Source: Alistipes sp. Zagget8
Lineage (GTDB): Bacteria > Bacteroidota > Bacteroidia > Bacteroidales > Rikenellaceae
DNA: 64,000 nucleotides
Assembly: GCA_001941065.1 (NCBI GenBank)
Contig: MSHJ01000009.1
Coordinates: 66,810 to 130,809 of the forward strand
Direction: 5' to 3'
Shown here piece by piece: positions 39,136 through 48,609 of this stretch. Under the pieces are notes generated by a model. It had not been told where the DNA came from. It saw nothing but the letters and a program-made list of their open reading frames with translations, and did no database searches. Position numbers and translations under genes: made by a program. The number at the start of each line of letters is the position of its first letter. Position 1 is the first letter of the stretch.

Positions 39136-39280
39136 GCGGGAGCGCAGAACCGGACAGGAATCCCGGTGAGTATCCTTCGCCCCTAAAACCCACCTCTTAG
39201 GTGGGCGGGAGCGCGGAACCGGATAGGAAACCCGATGACACGGCATCGCCCATAGAACCCGGCTCTTAGCCGGGCGGGGG
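39136..39280. repeat. two tandem 69-bp REP-like palindromic units
   Basis: Units start at 39136 and 39205 (gcgggagcgc.gaaccgga.agga); each ends in a 7-bp-stem hairpin with a CTT loop. Confidence 0.8.
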
Positions 39281-41314
39281 TTACCAGATTATTACGCGCT
39301 CTTCTGCAGGCATGAACATGGCGCCGTCGGTGATCGAGAAGGCGTCGTAGAAATCCTGCAGGTTGCGCAGCGAGGCGTTCACGCGCCATTTGCCCAGCGA
39401 GTGCACGTCGAGCTTCGTGAGGCGGGCGATCTCCTCGTCGCGGATGTTCTGGGCCCACAGCGTGGCGTAACCCAGGTAGAACCGCTGGTCGGGGGTGAAT
39501 CCGTCGATCGGGGCAGGAGCCTCCTTGCCTTCGAGCGAGTTGCGGTAAGCCGTGTGGGCCACGCGCAGGCCGCCCTGGTCGGCGATGTTCTCGCCCAGGC
39601 AGAGGGCGCCGTTGGCGAAGATCGCGGGCTGGCCGTCCTTGGCCGGAAGCACCTCGATGGCGTCGAACTGCTTGACCAGAATGTCCGTCTTGGCCTTGAA
39701 GGCGGCGGCATCCTCTTCGGTCCACCAGTTGTTCATGTTGCCGTCCTTGTCGAAATTGCGGCCCTGGTCGTCGAAACCGTGGGTCATCTCGTGGCCGATC
39801 ACCACGCCGATGGCACCGTAATTCACGGCATCGTCGGCATCGGGGTTGTAGAACGGCGGCTGGAGAATGGCGGCCGGGAAGCAGATTTCGTTGGTCGTGG
39901 GGTTGTAGTAGGCGTTGACCGTCTGCGGCGTCATGTGCCACTCGTCCTTATCCACGGGTTTGCCCAGGTCGGCGATGTTGTCGGCCGTGTACCACTTGTT
40001 GGCCTCGACGATGTTTTCCCAGTAGCTCTTCGAAGGATCGATCGCGAGCGTCGTGTAATCCTTCCACTTGTCGGGATAACCGATCTTTACGGTGAAGGCC
40101 GCGAGTTTCTCCTGCGCCCTGGCCTTGGTGGCGTCGGACATCCAGTCGAGGCCGGCGATGTGCTGCGAAAGCGCCGTCTGCAGGTTCTTGACCATCTCCA
40201 GCATGCGGACTTTGTCCTTCTCGGGGAAATACTTGGACACGTACATCTCGCCGACAGCCTCGCCGAGGGTGCTGTTGGGCACCGACATGGCACGCTTCCA
40301 GCGGGGTTTCTGCTCCTGCTTGCCCGACATGGCACGACCGTAGAAATCGAACGAGGCGTCGATGAAATCGTCGCTCAGGTAACCGGCGGCAGCGTCGATG
40401 TACTGGGCGGCCAGGTAGTAGCGGATGTCGTCCAGCGGGGCGTTCTTCATCAGCTCGTTGGCGTTGGCTAGGGCCGAAGGGGTCGTCACGATAATCTGCT
40501 CGAAATCGCCGATACCCATCGCCTTGTAGTATTCGGCCCAGTCGATGGCGTCGTACGCCTTTTCGAAATCGGCCTTGGACGTGGGGTTATACATCGCCGG
40601 GATGTTGCGCAGTTCGACGCTCGACCAGTTCTTCTCGGCGAGCTTCGTCTCGATCGACATCACGCCGGCGACGGCCTTCTCGATGTCGGCCTCCGGAACG
40701 CCTGCCAGCCGGAAAATCTTACCCAGATACTCCTTGTAGGCGGTGCGCATCGACTCGTTCTCGGCGTCGAGGTAGTAGTCGCGGTCGCCCATCATCAGCC
40801 CCGGCTGCGAAGCGTAGAGGGCGTTGATGTCGCTGTTCATCAGGTCGGACTGCACGCCCACGCCGAAGAACGGGTTGGCGATCGAGGTGTGGAGTTTGGC
40901 CACGGCGGCGGTCAGCTGCGAGCGGTCGCCGATGGCGAGAATCTCCTCCACGGCGGCTTTGATCGGGGCGGCGCCCTCGGCGTTCAGGCGCACCGAGTCG
41001 AGGCCCATCTTGTAGAGGTCCGAAATCTTCTGCTCGACGCTTCCCGGCTGCGCCGTCTGCTTGGTCATGCCGGAGAAGAGCTCGTTGATGCGCTTCTCGT
41101 TGTTGTCACGCAGGATATCGAACGAGCCGTAGCGCGAATATTCGGGTTTCAGGGGGTTGTTTTTCTGCCAGCCGCCCGTGGCGTACTCGTAGAAATCGGC
41201 GTTGGGGGCTATCGAAAGATCGAAATTGGCCATGTCGATCGCCGGGGTCTTCGGGGTATTTTGGCAGGCTGTCATACAGGCCATGGTTGCTGCGAAAAGG
41301 ATAACTTTTTTCAT
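39281..41314 (-). CDS. M13-family metallopeptidase (PepO-like) lipoprotein
   Basis: Lipobox MTAC; KIGYPDKW, VNAYYNP, GHEMTHGFDDQG, GENIAD. Confidence 0.95.
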   Translation of the reverse strand: MKKVILFAATMACMTACQNTPKTPAIDMANFDLSIAPNADFYEYATGGWQKNNPLKPEYSRYGSFDILRDNNEKRINELFSGMTKQTAQPGSVEQKISDLYKMGLDSVRLNAEGAAPIKAAVEEILAIGDRSQLTAAVAKLHTSIANPFFGVGVQSDLMNSDINALYASQPGLMMGDRDYYLDAENESMRTAYKEYLGKIFRLAGVPEADIEKAVAGVMSIETKLAEKNWSSVELRNIPAMYNPTSKADFEKAYDAIDWAEYYKAMGIGDFEQIIVTTPSALANANELMKNAPLDDIRYYLAAQYIDAAAGYLSDDFIDASFDFYGRAMSGKQEQKPRWKRAMSVPNSTLGEAVGEMYVSKYFPEKDKVRMLEMVKNLQTALSQHIAGLDWMSDATKARAQEKLAAFTVKIGYPDKWKDYTTLAIDPSKSYWENIVEANKWYTADNIADLGKPVDKDEWHMTPQTVNAYYNPTTNEICFPAAILQPPFYNPDADDAVNYGAIGVVIGHEMTHGFDDQGRNFDKDGNMNNWWTEEDAAAFKAKTDILVKQFDAIEVLPAKDGQPAIFANGALCLGENIADQGGLRVAHTAYRNSLEGKEAPAPIDGFTPDQRFYLGYATLWAQNIRDEEIARLTKLDVHSLGKWRVNASLRNLQDFYDAFSITDGAMFMPAEERVIIW

Positions 41315-41395
41315 ATTGTTCGGGTTTTTTATAGAACGGGGACCTCCGTGAAAACCGGAAGCCCCCGTTCGGATAGTTGTTTCGGGACGTCCGGT

Positions 41396-42658
41396 CTATT
41401 CGCGGATAGCCGCAACGCCGGGCAGGTCGCCGAACTCGATGTATTCGAGCAGCGCACCGCCGCCCGTCGAGATGTACGACACCTGGTCGGCCAGACCGAA
41501 CTTGTTGATGCAGGCTACCGAGTCGCCGCCGCCGATGAGCGAGTAGGCGCCCTTCTTGGTGGCCTCGGCGATGGCCAGCGCCACCTCCTTCGAACCGGTT
41601 GCGAACTTGTCGATTTCGAACACGCCCACGGGACCGTTCCAGAGGATGGTCTTGCAGCCCAGAATGTGGTCGCGGAAGACTTTCTTGCCCTCTTCGCCGA
41701 TGTCCAGACCCTCCCAGCCGTCGGGAATGTCATTGGCCGGAGCCTCCTTGGTGTTGGCGTCGGCCGAGAATGCGTCGGCGATCAGCGCGTCGGGCGACAT
41801 CACCAGTTCGACGCCCTTCTTCTTGGCCAGCTCGAGGATTTCGAGCGCTACGGGGAACATATCGGGCTCGCAGATCGAGTCGCCGACCTTGCCGCCCTGT
41901 GCGGCTGCGAAGGTGTAGGTCATGCCGCCGCCGATGACGATCGAATCGACCTTCTCGATCAGGGCCTTGATGACGCCGATCTTCGACGACACCTTCGAAC
42001 CGCCGATGATGGCGCAGAACGGATGGGCCGGGGCCTCCATCAGCGAGGAGATGGCCTTCACCTCTTTCTCCATCAGGTAGCCGAACATCTTGTCGTTGGG
42101 GAACGACTTGGCAATCAGGTACGTGGAAGCGTGCTTGCGGTGTGCCGTGCCGAAGGCGTCGTTGATGTAGCAGTCGGCATACGAAGCGAGTTTCTTGACG
42201 AACTCCTTCTGCGGACCCTCTTTCAGGGCCTTCTTGGCGGCGTCCTTCTCCTCCTTGGTGGCGTCCTCGGCCAGGCCGCGGGGCTTGCCCTCCTCCTCGG
42301 CGTAGAAACGCAGGTTTTCGAGCAGCATGACCTGTCCGGGCTTGAGGTTTTTGGCCATTTCGGCAGCCTTCTCACCGATGCAGTCGCCGGCGAACTCGAC
42401 CTTCACGCCGAGGTTCTTCTCGATGGCGGGAACGATCTGCTCGAGCGAGTATTTGGGGTCGGGATTCTTCTTGGGGCGTCCCATGTGCGACATCAGGATC
42501 ACCGAGCCGCCGCCGGCGAGCACCTTCTTGACGGTGGGCATGGCGGCGCGGATGCGCGTGTCGTCGGTCACTTCGCCCTTCTCGTTGAGGGGCACGTTGA
42601 AATCCACGCGGATAATCGCGCGTTTGCCTTTGAAATCGTAGTTGTCGATCGAGATCAT
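41396..42658 (-). CDS. pgk: phosphoglycerate kinase
   Basis: [44 protein letters not shown]. Confidence 0.98.
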   Translation of the reverse strand: MISIDNYDFKGKRAIIRVDFNVPLNEKGEVTDDTRIRAAMPTVKKVLAGGGSVILMSHMGRPKKNPDPKYSLEQIVPAIEKNLGVKVEFAGDCIGEKAAEMAKNLKPGQVMLLENLRFYAEEEGKPRGLAEDATKEEKDAAKKALKEGPQKEFVKKLASYADCYINDAFGTAHRKHASTYLIAKSFPNDKMFGYLMEKEVKAISSLMEAPAHPFCAIIGGSKVSSKIGVIKALIEKVDSIVIGGGMTYTFAAAQGGKVGDSICEPDMFPVALEILELAKKKGVELVMSPDALIADAFSADANTKEAPANDIPDGWEGLDIGEEGKKVFRDHILGCKTILWNGPVGVFEIDKFATGSKEVALAIAEATKKGAYSLIGGGDSVACINKFGLADQVSYISTGGGALLEYIEFGDLPGVAAIRE

Positions 42659-42798
42659 AGCTGTTTGATTTTTAAGTATTTTGTTGAAATGTCTTTCGGT
42701 GAATCCTAATCCGGGACAAATTTATGAAAATTTTCAGTAAATCTGTTATTCCGATAACAGAAAAATAGCTTCACACAACAAAAACCGGACCTGCGGAA

Positions 42799-43257
42799 TC
42801 AGCCGCCGAGGCATTTCGTCAGCATTTCATAGTCGCACGGGCGGACGAGGGCGTACAGTTTTGTCGTTTCGCCGGAGTCCGAAGCCTTGAGTTCGAGCTC
42901 TGCGAGCCGTTTTTTCAGGAGCCTGACGGAAGCGTCTTTCCGGGATGTGACGAACAGGTGGGCCGATCCGGTTTCGCCGACCTCGTCGGGGTGGACCAGT
43001 ACGAGGTGGTCGCGGGTGAAGGCCAGCCATATCCAGAAGATCGTGCCGGCCGAATAATCGGCCGTATAACTGGCATTCAGCTTTAGTTTGCATTCGACCG
43101 GCTGTCCGGTGACGGTTTCGATCTCGGCGGTGAGACCCGGCTCGGCCTTGTCCCATTTCCGGGCGTTCCGGGAGGCTTTCCGGAGCGTGACGACGACCCA
43201 CGCCACTGCCGCAATCATCAATACAGCGAGCAGGATGATTTTCAGTATCGTGAACAT
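42799..43257 (-). CDS. hypothetical membrane-anchored protein (152 aa)
   Basis: N-terminal TM helix; starts 4 nt after the permease stop. Confidence 0.65.
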   Translation of the reverse strand: MFTILKIILLAVLMIAAVAWVVVTLRKASRNARKWDKAEPGLTAEIETVTGQPVECKLKLNASYTADYSAGTIFWIWLAFTRDHLVLVHPDEVGETGSAHLFVTSRKDASVRLLKKRLAELELKASDSGETTKLYALVRPCDYEMLTKCLGG

Positions 43258-43261
43258 CCGA

Positions 43262-44584
43262 TCAGTATTTGTACCGGATCCATTTGAACAGCTCTTTGAG
43301 CGACGGTTTTTTGCCGTACATGAAGATACCTACGCGGTAGATCTTCGACGCAACCCACACCATGCCCATGAACGAGCCGTAGAGTATCACGAGCGAGAGG
43401 ACGATCTCCCACAGCGGAATGTCGTAGGGGATGCGGGCCATCATGACGATCGGCGACGTGAAGGGGATGATCGAGAACCAGAAGGCCATCTGCGAATTGG
43501 GGTCGCGGATCACGACGAACATCATCAGCAGGGCCAGGATGATCGGCAGCGTGATGGGCATCTGCAGCTGCGAGGCGTCCTGCACGTTGTCCACGGCCGA
43601 ACCCACGGCGGCGAACATCGCCGAGTAGAGCAGGTAGCCGCCGAAGACGAACAGCAGCAGGCTGGCGAAAATCTTGATGATATAGCCCAGGTCGGTCATG
43701 GCGGCCACGGCCTGCAACATTTCGGGGTTCATGTCGGTCATCGAAGCCGCGTCGGGCATGCCCTGCTGCATGGCCTGGGCGCTCGCCATCACGTCTTCGG
43801 GCATCAGGTGGGGCATCACGAGGGCCCCGACGCCGGCGATCAGCACGCCCCAGATGAGCACCTGCACGATGGCCACCGAGGCCACGCCGAGGATTTTGCC
43901 CATCATCAGGTCGAAAGGCCTCACCGAGCTCACCATGACCTCCAGCACGCGGTTGTTCTTCTCCTCGATCACCGACTGCATGACCATCGAGCCGTAGATC
44001 AGCAGGAACATGTAGAGGATGAAGCCCAGGACATATCCCACGCCCGTGGCCACGGCCGACGACTGCGCCTGTGTGTCCTCCTCCTGCGACTTGTCGTTGC
44101 GGAAGGTCTGCATAACGACCTTGGTTTTCACCTGTTCGAGAATCTGCGAGAGGTTCTCGATGTTGTAGGCCTTGAGTTTCTCGGCCTCGAGGATGCGCTC
44201 GATCTGTCCCGTGATGTTGCTCTCGAGGGAGAGCGATGACGAGGAGTTGGCGTAGAGCCGGACGTTGTTGGGGTTTTCCAGAACGTCGCCGCCGATGTAG
44301 AGCACGCCGAATTTCTCGGTCAGCTCCTTGCGGGCCTCCTCGGTCGGGAGCTCCGTGGTTTCGAAGCGGATCTCTTCGTCGCTTTCGAGCATCGGGGCCA
44401 CCAGGCCGCTCTCGTCGATAACGGCGATGACCTTCTCGTCGCCCCGCGAAAACTGCATGATGAGCGCCGGGGCGGCCATCAGGGCGATCATCAGCAGCGG
44501 CATCAGCAGCGTGGTGATGATAAAGGATTTTTTGCGCACGCGCTCGTTGAACTCGCGCTGGATGATGATGGATATGTTGGACAT
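43262..44584 (-). CDS. ABC-2 type transporter permease (NatB/YhaP-like)
   Basis: REFNERVRKKSF, VIEEKNNRVLEVMVSSV..F.LM.GKI, IPFTSPIVM, KIYRVGIFMYGK. Confidence 0.9.
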   Translation of the reverse strand: MSNISIIIQREFNERVRKKSFIITTLLMPLLMIALMAAPALIMQFSRGDEKVIAVIDESGLVAPMLESDEEIRFETTELPTEEARKELTEKFGVLYIGGDVLENPNNVRLYANSSSSLSLESNITGQIERILEAEKLKAYNIENLSQILEQVKTKVVMQTFRNDKSQEEDTQAQSSAVATGVGYVLGFILYMFLLIYGSMVMQSVIEEKNNRVLEVMVSSVRPFDLMMGKILGVASVAIVQVLIWGVLIAGVGALVMPHLMPEDVMASAQAMQQGMPDAASMTDMNPEMLQAVAAMTDLGYIIKIFASLLLFVFGGYLLYSAMFAAVGSAVDNVQDASQLQMPITLPIILALLMMFVVIRDPNSQMAFWFSIIPFTSPIVMMARIPYDIPLWEIVLSLVILYGSFMGMVWVASKIYRVGIFMYGKKPSLKELFKWIRYKY

Positions 44585-44630
44585 AACAGAATGTGTTTAA
44601 GTCGTTTATCGTTTGTTTTCTTTTGACCGC

Positions 44631-44734
44631 CGTTGTCGCCGCCTTTGGCGGCGTTTACAAATCTGACCCCCGGCTAAGAGCCGGGTTTTAGGGGCGATGC
44701 ACGGATTTCCGGGCTTCAGGTCCGGCTCTGCGCT
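44631..44734. repeat. inverted copy of the 39.2 kb REP-like unit, preceded by a second GC hairpin module
   Basis: Reverse complement reads agcgcagagccgga...gcatcgcccctaaaacccggctcttagccggggg; cgccgcc-ttt-ggcggcg hairpin at 44637-44653. Confidence 0.8.
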
Positions 44735-44792
44735 TTCACCTTTTAAAAGCCGTTTCTTAAACGGCCTCGGCGGGGGCTTTATGGGACGGTCG

Positions 44793-45032
44793 TTAGTCGT
44801 TTGACCTGTCGGCTCGCTTCGTTTCGTTGCTTTTCTCCCGTCGGATGATCCAGACTCCTGCCACGGTGAAAACGAGGCAGAAAATCAGGGAGACGAGGGC
44901 ATCTTCGCCCCGGACCAGCCGCCAGAGGTTGCGCAGCGATTCGGAGACCCCGGCGAAGAACAGCGCCAGCCCGATGATCGCAGGCCACGTCAGGCGAAGG
45001 GTGCGCACCTGCTTTTGTTCGGTCGTTTCCAT
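44793..45032 (-). CDS. small two-TM membrane protein (79 aa)
   Basis: Two hydrophobic helices; starts 2 nt after the ATPase stop. Confidence 0.6.
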   Translation of the reverse strand: METTEQKQVRTLRLTWPAIIGLALFFAGVSESLRNLWRLVRGEDALVSLIFCLVFTVAGVWIIRREKSNETKRADRSND

Positions 45033-45034
45033 AA

Positions 45035-45955
45035 TTAAAGTTTGCCGTTCACGGCCCTTATGAAAATGTCATTCATCGAAGGGATGATTTCGCGGAACGA
45101 ACGCAGTTCGACAGCCTCGTTGACGGCGGCAATCACTCCGCGGACCTCGGCGTCGTTCTCGACGTGGAGCTTGAGCATCCGGTAGACCGACTCCTCCTGC
45201 GTGACGTCGAGGATTTCGCAGCGTCCCGTGACGGCCTGCCGCAGGGTCTGCTCGTCGCCCCGGTAGGCTATTTCGAAAATATTGGACCCGTGGCGGCGGC
45301 GGATGTCGTCGACCTTGCCCGAGAGGATGTTGCGCGACTTGTTGATAAGCGTGATATGGTCGCAAATCTCCTCCACGGAGGACATGTTGTGCGTCGAGAA
45401 GATGACCGTGGCCCCCTTGTCGCGCAGCCCCAGAATCTCGTCTTTCAGCAGGTTGGCATTGATGGGGTCGAATCCCGAGAAGGGTTCGTCGAAGATCAGC
45501 AGTTTGGGTTCGTGGAGCACCGTGACGATGAACTGCACCTTCTGGGCCATGCCCTTCGAGAGCTCTTCGACCTTCTTGTCCCACCAGTCCTGAATGCCGA
45601 ATTTGATGAACCACTCCTTCAGCCGCACGATGGCTTCGCGGCGCGACAGTCCCTTGAGGCGGGCGAAGAAGACGGCCTGTTCGCCGACCTTCATTTTCTT
45701 GTAAAGACCGCGCTCTTCGGGGAGGTAGCCGATGCGGTAGACGTCTTCCGGGGCGATTTCGCGGTCGCCGAACAGCACGCGGCCCGAATCGGGCGCCGTG
45801 ATGCGGTTGATGATGCGGATCAGGGTCGTTTTGCCCGCTCCGTTGGGGCCGAGGAGTCCGTAGACCGAGCCCTGGGGGATGGCGAGCGATACGTCGTCGA
45901 GCGCCGTGTGCGAGGCATAGCGTTTGGTGACGTGTTCTACTGTGAGTAAATCCAT
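45035..45955 (-). CDS. ABC transporter ATP-binding protein (NatA/YhaQ-like)
   Basis: GPNGAGKT, LSKGM, FDEPFSGFDP, STH. Confidence 0.93.
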   Translation of the reverse strand: MDLLTVEHVTKRYASHTALDDVSLAIPQGSVYGLLGPNGAGKTTLIRIINRITAPDSGRVLFGDREIAPEDVYRIGYLPEERGLYKKMKVGEQAVFFARLKGLSRREAIVRLKEWFIKFGIQDWWDKKVEELSKGMAQKVQFIVTVLHEPKLLIFDEPFSGFDPINANLLKDEILGLRDKGATVIFSTHNMSSVEEICDHITLINKSRNILSGKVDDIRRRHGSNIFEIAYRGDEQTLRQAVTGRCEILDVTQEESVYRMLKLHVENDAEVRGVIAAVNEAVELRSFREIIPSMNDIFIRAVNGKL

Positions 45956-46154
45956 AGTCGCGGAATGTTTGTTTTTTTGGATTGTTACGGCGACAAATAT
46001 AGGAACAAATTTTGAATATCAAAAAATATTTATCGAAAAACGATAAATATTTGCAGCCCTCCCTCCTGCAGAATCTCCGGAGCGGCTTCGGGATGCCGTC
46101 CGGCAAAGCCCAGACAAGTTTGGCTTTGCGCTCACCTTTTCGTATATTTGAGCT

Positions 46155-48605
46155 GTGAAAGAGTCGAAATTCGTCAAGACAAAGATGGTCGCAGGCTATG
46201 TCCTGCTGATTGCGGTCTGTGTGCTCGCGGTCGGGTACGTCTACCGGGTGGTGGTCCGTTTTTCCGCCCCCGACAGCAGTTACGCCCTGCTGCAGACCCG
46301 GCACAGCGCCGTCAACCGCACCCTCTACCACCTCTATCAGGCCGAAAGCTACGGTCAGCTGATGATCGCCGGCTACCAGTCTTACGAGGTGCGTTACAAG
46401 CGCGAGATGCGCACCGTGAGGGGATGTATCGACTCGCTGCGGTCGCTGGCGGGCGACCGGGATTCGCTGCAAATGATGCGTCTGGACAGCATCACGCGGC
46501 TGCTTGCCGACAAGGAGCGGCGGACGATGAGCCTGCGGCGCACGATCCGCGGCGGTTCCACGGCCAGCCTGCTGGACAAGAATATCCGCGACCTGATCGG
46601 TCCCCGGGAGGGGATCGTCGCCGACACGACCCCGTTCCGCCGCGTCGTAAAGCAGGATACGATGACCGTGCCGCGGAGCAAACGGCGCTTTTTGCAGCGG
46701 CTGGGCGATTTGTTCAGCCCTCCGAAGGCGGATTCGAGCGTCGTGATTTCCCGCCGCGAACTGGTGGCCCCGGTGGTGCCCGTCGAATCGGTGAAGGACA
46801 CCATTGCGCTGGTGCTGAGGGCCCTGCAGGACAGCGTCACGAGCAACCGCCTGGGCATTTACGACCAGGCGTGGCAGGAGGGCCTGCGGCTGAGTTACAG
46901 CAACGACCTGATAAATACGAAGATATACCGCCTGATCATGGATTTCGAGGCCGAGGATACGGCCTTCCTGATGCGGCGCATCGAGCAAACGGAGGCCTTC
47001 CGCCGGCGGTCGTCGCGCGTGCTGGGAGGCGTGGCCATCGGGGCCGTGGTCCTCATGCTGTTGTTCGTGGGGATGCTCTGGCGAGACATCAGCCGCAGCA
47101 ACCGCTATCGCCGGGAGTTGGAGCAGGCTAACCGCGACAAGGAGGCGCTGCTGGCGGCCCGCGAGAAGCTGATGCTGGCCATCACGCACGACATCAAGGC
47201 CCCGCTGGGGTCGGTGATGGGATATATCGACCTGCTGTCGCGGCTGACCGCCGACAAGCGGCAGGAGCTTTACCTGCATAATATGAAGGAGTCTTCGGGT
47301 CACCTGCTGGCGCTGGTCAACAGCCTGCTGGATTTCTACCGGCTGGATATCAATAAGATCGAGGTGAACCGGGTGGCTTTCAGCCCCGCGCAGCTGTTCG
47401 AGACGATCCGAGCCGGATTCGCCGCCGCGGCCGCTGCCAAAGGGCTGGAACTGCGTCTGGAGGCCGAACCGGATGCCGCGCGAACGGTGACGGGCGACGC
47501 TTTTCATATCCGTCAGATTGCCGACAATCTGGTTTCCAATGCGCTGAAATTCACCAACGAAGGCTCCGTGACGCTCCGCGTGGATGTCGTGCAGGGACGG
47601 CTCGTCTTCTCGGTGCGCGATACGGGCCGCGGCATCGGCCGCGAGGAGAAGGAGCGGATTTTCGGGGAGTTCGTGCGCCTGAGTTCGGCGCAGGGCGTCG
47701 ACGGGTTCGGACTGGGACTGTCGATTGTCGACCGTCTCGTGAAACTGCTCGAAGGGGCCATTTCGCTCGAAAGCCGTCTCGGCGAGGGGAGCCGGTTCAT
47801 TGTTTCGGTGCCCGTCGGGGAGGCCGGGGCGGAATCCGCAGCGGTTCCGGAGGCCGGGGAACCGACTCCTCCGCAGCCGGGGTTGCAGGTGCTGCTGGTC
47901 GACGACGACCCGTTGCAGCTGGAGATGACTGCCGCGATGTGCCGCCGGGCGGGAATCGGTGCCGAGTGCTGTCCCTATCCCGAATATGCCGCGAAACTGG
48001 TCGCCGACGGACGCTTCGATCTGGTGCTGACCGATATACAGATGCCTTCGGCCGACGGGTTCAGCGTGCTGAAGGCCGTGCACGGGGTCGATCCCGCGCT
48101 GGGTGTGATCGCCGTGTCGGCCCGCGGGGAGCTGGACGCCGCGGATTTCACGGCCCGCGGATTTGCGGGATGTCTCCGCAAACCGTTTACTTATAGTGAA
48201 CTGATTGCCGTAATTCGTGCGGCCTGCGGCGGGGCGGTTCCGGAGGCGGACGAACCGGCGGCTTCGGGGACGGCGGGGGTGAATTTCGATCCCCTGACGG
48301 CCTATGCGGGCGACGATGCCGGGGCGGTGCGGAGCATCCTGGCCTCCTTCGCCGAACAGACCGCGGCCAACTGCGCGGAACTGGAAAAGGCGGTCGAAAA
48401 CGGCGATGCCCGTTCCGTAAAGGCCTTGTCGCACAAAATGCTGCCGATCTTCACGATGCTCGGGGCGGCGGAGGTTGCCGACACCCTGCGCCGGGCCGAG
48501 ACCCACGAGGGCCCGCTGACCGACACGCTGGGCGGCGAATTGCGTGCGGCAATCGAAAAAATCCGCGCGATTGTCGCAGAAGCCGAAAAAACGGTAACTT
48601 TGTAG
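46155..48605 (+). CDS. hybrid sensor histidine kinase (TM-HisKA-HATPase-REC-HPt), RteA-like architecture
   Basis: Two TM helices, ITHDIKAPL, NLVSNALKFT, DTGRGI, GFGLGL, DIQMP, SHKMLP. Confidence 0.9.
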   Translation: MKESKFVKTKMVAGYVLLIAVCVLAVGYVYRVVVRFSAPDSSYALLQTRHSAVNRTLYHLYQAESYGQLMIAGYQSYEVRYKREMRTVRGCIDSLRSLAGDRDSLQMMRLDSITRLLADKERRTMSLRRTIRGGSTASLLDKNIRDLIGPREGIVADTTPFRRVVKQDTMTVPRSKRRFLQRLGDLFSPPKADSSVVISRRELVAPVVPVESVKDTIALVLRALQDSVTSNRLGIYDQAWQEGLRLSYSNDLINTKIYRLIMDFEAEDTAFLMRRIEQTEAFRRRSSRVLGGVAIGAVVLMLLFVGMLWRDISRSNRYRRELEQANRDKEALLAAREKLMLAITHDIKAPLGSVMGYIDLLSRLTADKRQELYLHNMKESSGHLLALVNSLLDFYRLDINKIEVNRVAFSPAQLFETIRAGFAAAAAAKGLELRLEAEPDAARTVTGDAFHIRQIADNLVSNALKFTNEGSVTLRVDVVQGRLVFSVRDTGRGIGREEKERIFGEFVRLSSAQGVDGFGLGLSIVDRLVKLLEGAISLESRLGEGSRFIVSVPVGEAGAESAAVPEAGEPTPPQPGLQVLLVDDDPLQLEMTAAMCRRAGIGAECCPYPEYAAKLVADGRFDLVLTDIQMPSADGFSVLKAVHGVDPALGVIAVSARGELDAADFTARGFAGCLRKPFTYSELIAVIRAACGGAVPEADEPAASGTAGVNFDPLTAYAGDDAGAVRSILASFAEQTAANCAELEKAVENGDARSVKALSHKMLPIFTMLGAAEVADTLRRAETHEGPLTDTLGGELRAAIEKIRAIVAEAEKTVTL

Positions 48606-48609
48606 CGTT

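Noticed and set aside
39136-39280. Possible mini CRISPR array
   Set aside because: The units are similar along their whole 69 bp with no unique spacers, there are only two to three units, and no cas genes are present.
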